From the NCBI GenBank assembly GCA_964502995.1, contig CAZCZB010000006.1, positions 16,057 to 80,056 on the forward strand: a stretch of DNA of 64,000 nucleotides, read 5' to 3'. The notes below the pieces were generated by a model. The model worked only from the letters and a program-made list of their open reading frames with translations. It was not told the origin of the DNA and made no database searches. The position numbers and the translations under genes are program-made. Shown in pieces: positions 62,297 to 64,000 of the stretch. Numbering within the stretch: the stretch's first letter is position 1; each line of letters starts with the position of its first letter. The DNA is from an uncultured Dehalococcoidia bacterium. Lineage in GTDB: Bacteria; Chloroflexota; Dehalococcoidia; Lucifugimonadales; UBA3495.

Positions 62297-62325
62297 CGCC
62301 CGCCGCCCGTTTCGGGTGGCGGGCG
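62297..62325 (+). terminator. 13-bp GC hairpin terminator after the 61195 gene
   Basis: CGCCCGCCGCCCG-ttt-CGGGTGGCGGGCG followed by CTCTGATTTG. Confidence 0.6.
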
Positions 62326-62493
62326 CTCTGATTTGCCGACCGTTTTCCGCGACTTTGCGCCGTCGGGGACGATGGTTTCACACCGGGTTATGTCCACGTC
62401 GCTGGCCGTTTTCGGTGGCAACCGTTTACGCCGACTGCTATTATTCAGTATCCGAGCCACCCCATATATTTTAGACAAACAGGTATCATCATC

Positions 62494-64000
62494 GTGTTCA
62501 CTCACCTCCATACCCACACCGAATACAGCCTGCTGGACGGCATCAGTCGTATCCCCGATCTGGTCAGCCGGACGCGCGAATTGGGCATGGATGCCGTGAG
62601 CATCACCGATCACGGATCCCTGTATGGGGTGGTTGATTTCTACTCGGAGTGCAAGGACGCCGGCATCAAGCCGATCATCGGTTGTGAGCTATACGTGGCG
62701 CACGGGAGTCGCCGAGACCGGACGCCCAACGAGCGCACCGCCAATCACCTGGTGGTTATCGCCAGGAACAACACCGGATACCGAAACCTGCTGCAACTGG
62801 TGACCCGCTCTCACCTTGAGGGGTTCCACTACCGGCCGCGCATTGACAAGGAATTGCTTCACGAGCACCGTGAGGGTCTGATCTGTCTGTCCGGGTGCCC
62901 GTCTGCCGAGGTGCCGATGCTGCTGGCCGACGGCAATTACGACGCCGCCAGGGAGCAGGTGGGTTGGTACCGGGAACTGTTCGGAGAGAACTACTTCCTG
63001 GAGCTGCAGCAGCACGAGCACATACCCCAGTTGCCGCGCATCAATGACGGCCTGATCCGGTTGAACAAGGACACCGGAATACCGCTGCTGCTCACCAACG
63101 ACGCCCATTACGTGCGGAAGTCCGACTACCAGTTTCAGGACGTGTACATCTGCATCCAGACCGGGACGAACGTGCAGGATGCGAACCGCCTGCGGATGGA
63201 GGACTCGTCCTACTACATCAAGTCACCGGCGGAGATGGCCGCGCTGTTTCCGGAGTTTCCCAAAGCGCTGGACATTACCGGAGAGGTGGCCCAGCAGTGC
63301 GACGTTTCGCTGGGATTCGGCCAGATGCACCTGCCCCGGTATCCCACGCCCAACGGCGAAGACGCCGAGACCTACCTGGCCCGTTTGTGCTGGGACGGTT
63401 TCAACAAGCGCTACGGCCACAACAACGAGGCGGCCCGGGCCCGCATGGAATACGAACTGGAGGTGGTGCGCCAGACCAGCTTCGCCAACTATTTCCTGGT
63501 GGTGTGGGACATCATATCCTTTGTGCGACGCCAGGAGATCCTGTTCGGCGTGCGGGGCAGCGCAGCCGCCAGCGTCGTGCTGTACTGCCTGGGCATCACA
63601 GACATCGACCCGATGCAGTACAACCTGGTGTTCGAGCGGTTCCTGAACTTTGAACGCAAGGAAATGCCCGACATCGACATGGACTTCCAGGATGACCGGC
63701 GGGACGAGGTGCTGCGGTACGTCATTGATCAGTACGGCAGCGACCGGGTGGCCCAGATCATCACCTTCGGAACCATGGGGCCCAAGGCGGCATTGCGCGA
63801 CGTGGGGCGAGGCCTGGGCATGAGCTATGGCGACGTTGACCGCATCGCCCGCATGGTGCCGTTCAAGTCGCGGACCCTGCGTGACGCCATGTCCGCCAAC
63901 CCGGAGATGATGGACAGCTACCAGACCGACTCCGCGATACAGAGCCTGGTGGACAACGCGCAAGCCCTGGAGGGCATCGTTCACCACGTCAGCACCCATG
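62494..64000 (+). CDS. dnaE: DNA polymerase III alpha subunit (N-terminal about 500 aa; continues beyond the right edge)
   Basis: Absent from the ORF track because it is edge-truncated. The GTG at 62494 opens VFTHLHTHTEYSLLDGISRIPDLV...ITDHGSLYGVVDFY (PHP domain), then ...NYFLVVWDIISFVR...GVRGSAAASVVLYCLGITDIDP...FERFLNFERKEMPDIDMDF. The frame is open to the end of the window. Confidence 0.93.
   Translation, partial: MFTHLHTHTEYSLLDGISRIPDLVSRTRELGMDAVSITDHGSLYGVVDFYSECKDAGIKPIIGCELYVAHGSRRDRTPNERTANHLVVIARNNTGYRNLLQLVTRSHLEGFHYRPRIDKELLHEHREGLICLSGCPSAEVPMLLADGNYDAAREQVGWYRELFGENYFLELQQHEHIPQLPRINDGLIRLNKDTGIPLLLTNDAHYVRKSDYQFQDVYICIQTGTNVQDANRLRMEDSSYYIKSPAEMAALFPEFPKALDITGEVAQQCDVSLGFGQMHLPRYPTPNGEDAETYLARLCWDGFNKRYGHNNEAARARMEYELEVVRQTSFANYFLVVWDIISFVRRQEILFGVRGSAAASVVLYCLGITDIDPMQYNLVFERFLNFERKEMPDIDMDFQDDRRDEVLRYVIDQYGSDRVAQIITFGTMGPKAALRDVGRGLGMSYGDVDRIARMVPFKSRTLRDAMSANPEMMDSYQTDSAIQSLVDNAQALEGIVHHVSTH

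Overview
GC-rich, gene-dense bacterial chromosomal segment. I saw no transposase, integrase, phage or CRISPR genes. I call about 62 protein genes, 4 tRNAs (Pro-TGG, Arg-CCG, Asp-GTC, Lys-TTT, all on the minus strand) and one isolated 5S rRNA. Housekeeping genes are trmD, tenA, hisS, hisF, hisIE, argS, pgi-gnd-zwf, clpC and a guaB3-like gene. Two further genes are missing from the ORF track because they run off the window edges: an MFS transporter (1..1148, minus) and dnaE (62494..64000, plus). The remainder is a catabolic/accessory mix: three family-III CoA-transferases, several amidohydrolase-type enzymes, a DUF1800/DUF1501/NHL cluster, a peptide-type ABC importer without ATPase genes, and a heterodimeric ABC exporter. 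This content is reminiscent of marine Chloroflexota (SAR202-like) genomes, but that taxonomy is inference only. Many long antisense ORFs in the track are GC-driven shadow ORFs. Highlights: (1) the ORF at 59882..60175 ends at an in-frame TGA followed by an fdhF-like SECIS hairpin, and the frame stays open to 60418, which predicts a 178-residue U-G-S-C selenoprotein heading a possible operon with an EEP nuclease/phosphatase and a conserved unknown; (2) a 284-aa protein made almost entirely of twelve 22-residue repeats; (3) an AT-richer gene for a 2-TM plus beta-rich protein (architecture like CBASS Cap15/S-2TMbeta) with no partner genes, followed by a hidden 49-codon basic ORF; (4) a 5S rRNA gene unlinked to any 23S/16S, with its own promoter; (5) two families of palindromic intergenic repeats (GTAGGGGCG...CGCCCCTAC and TTCGACAGGCTCACCATGAGCGG, the latter including a 4x22-bp tandem array); (6) an orphan beta-class DNA methyltransferase, a bacterial PaREP1/HEPN-like gene and a solitary ABC-type ATPase. 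Nothing here was checked against a database; all homology calls rest on motif recognition.
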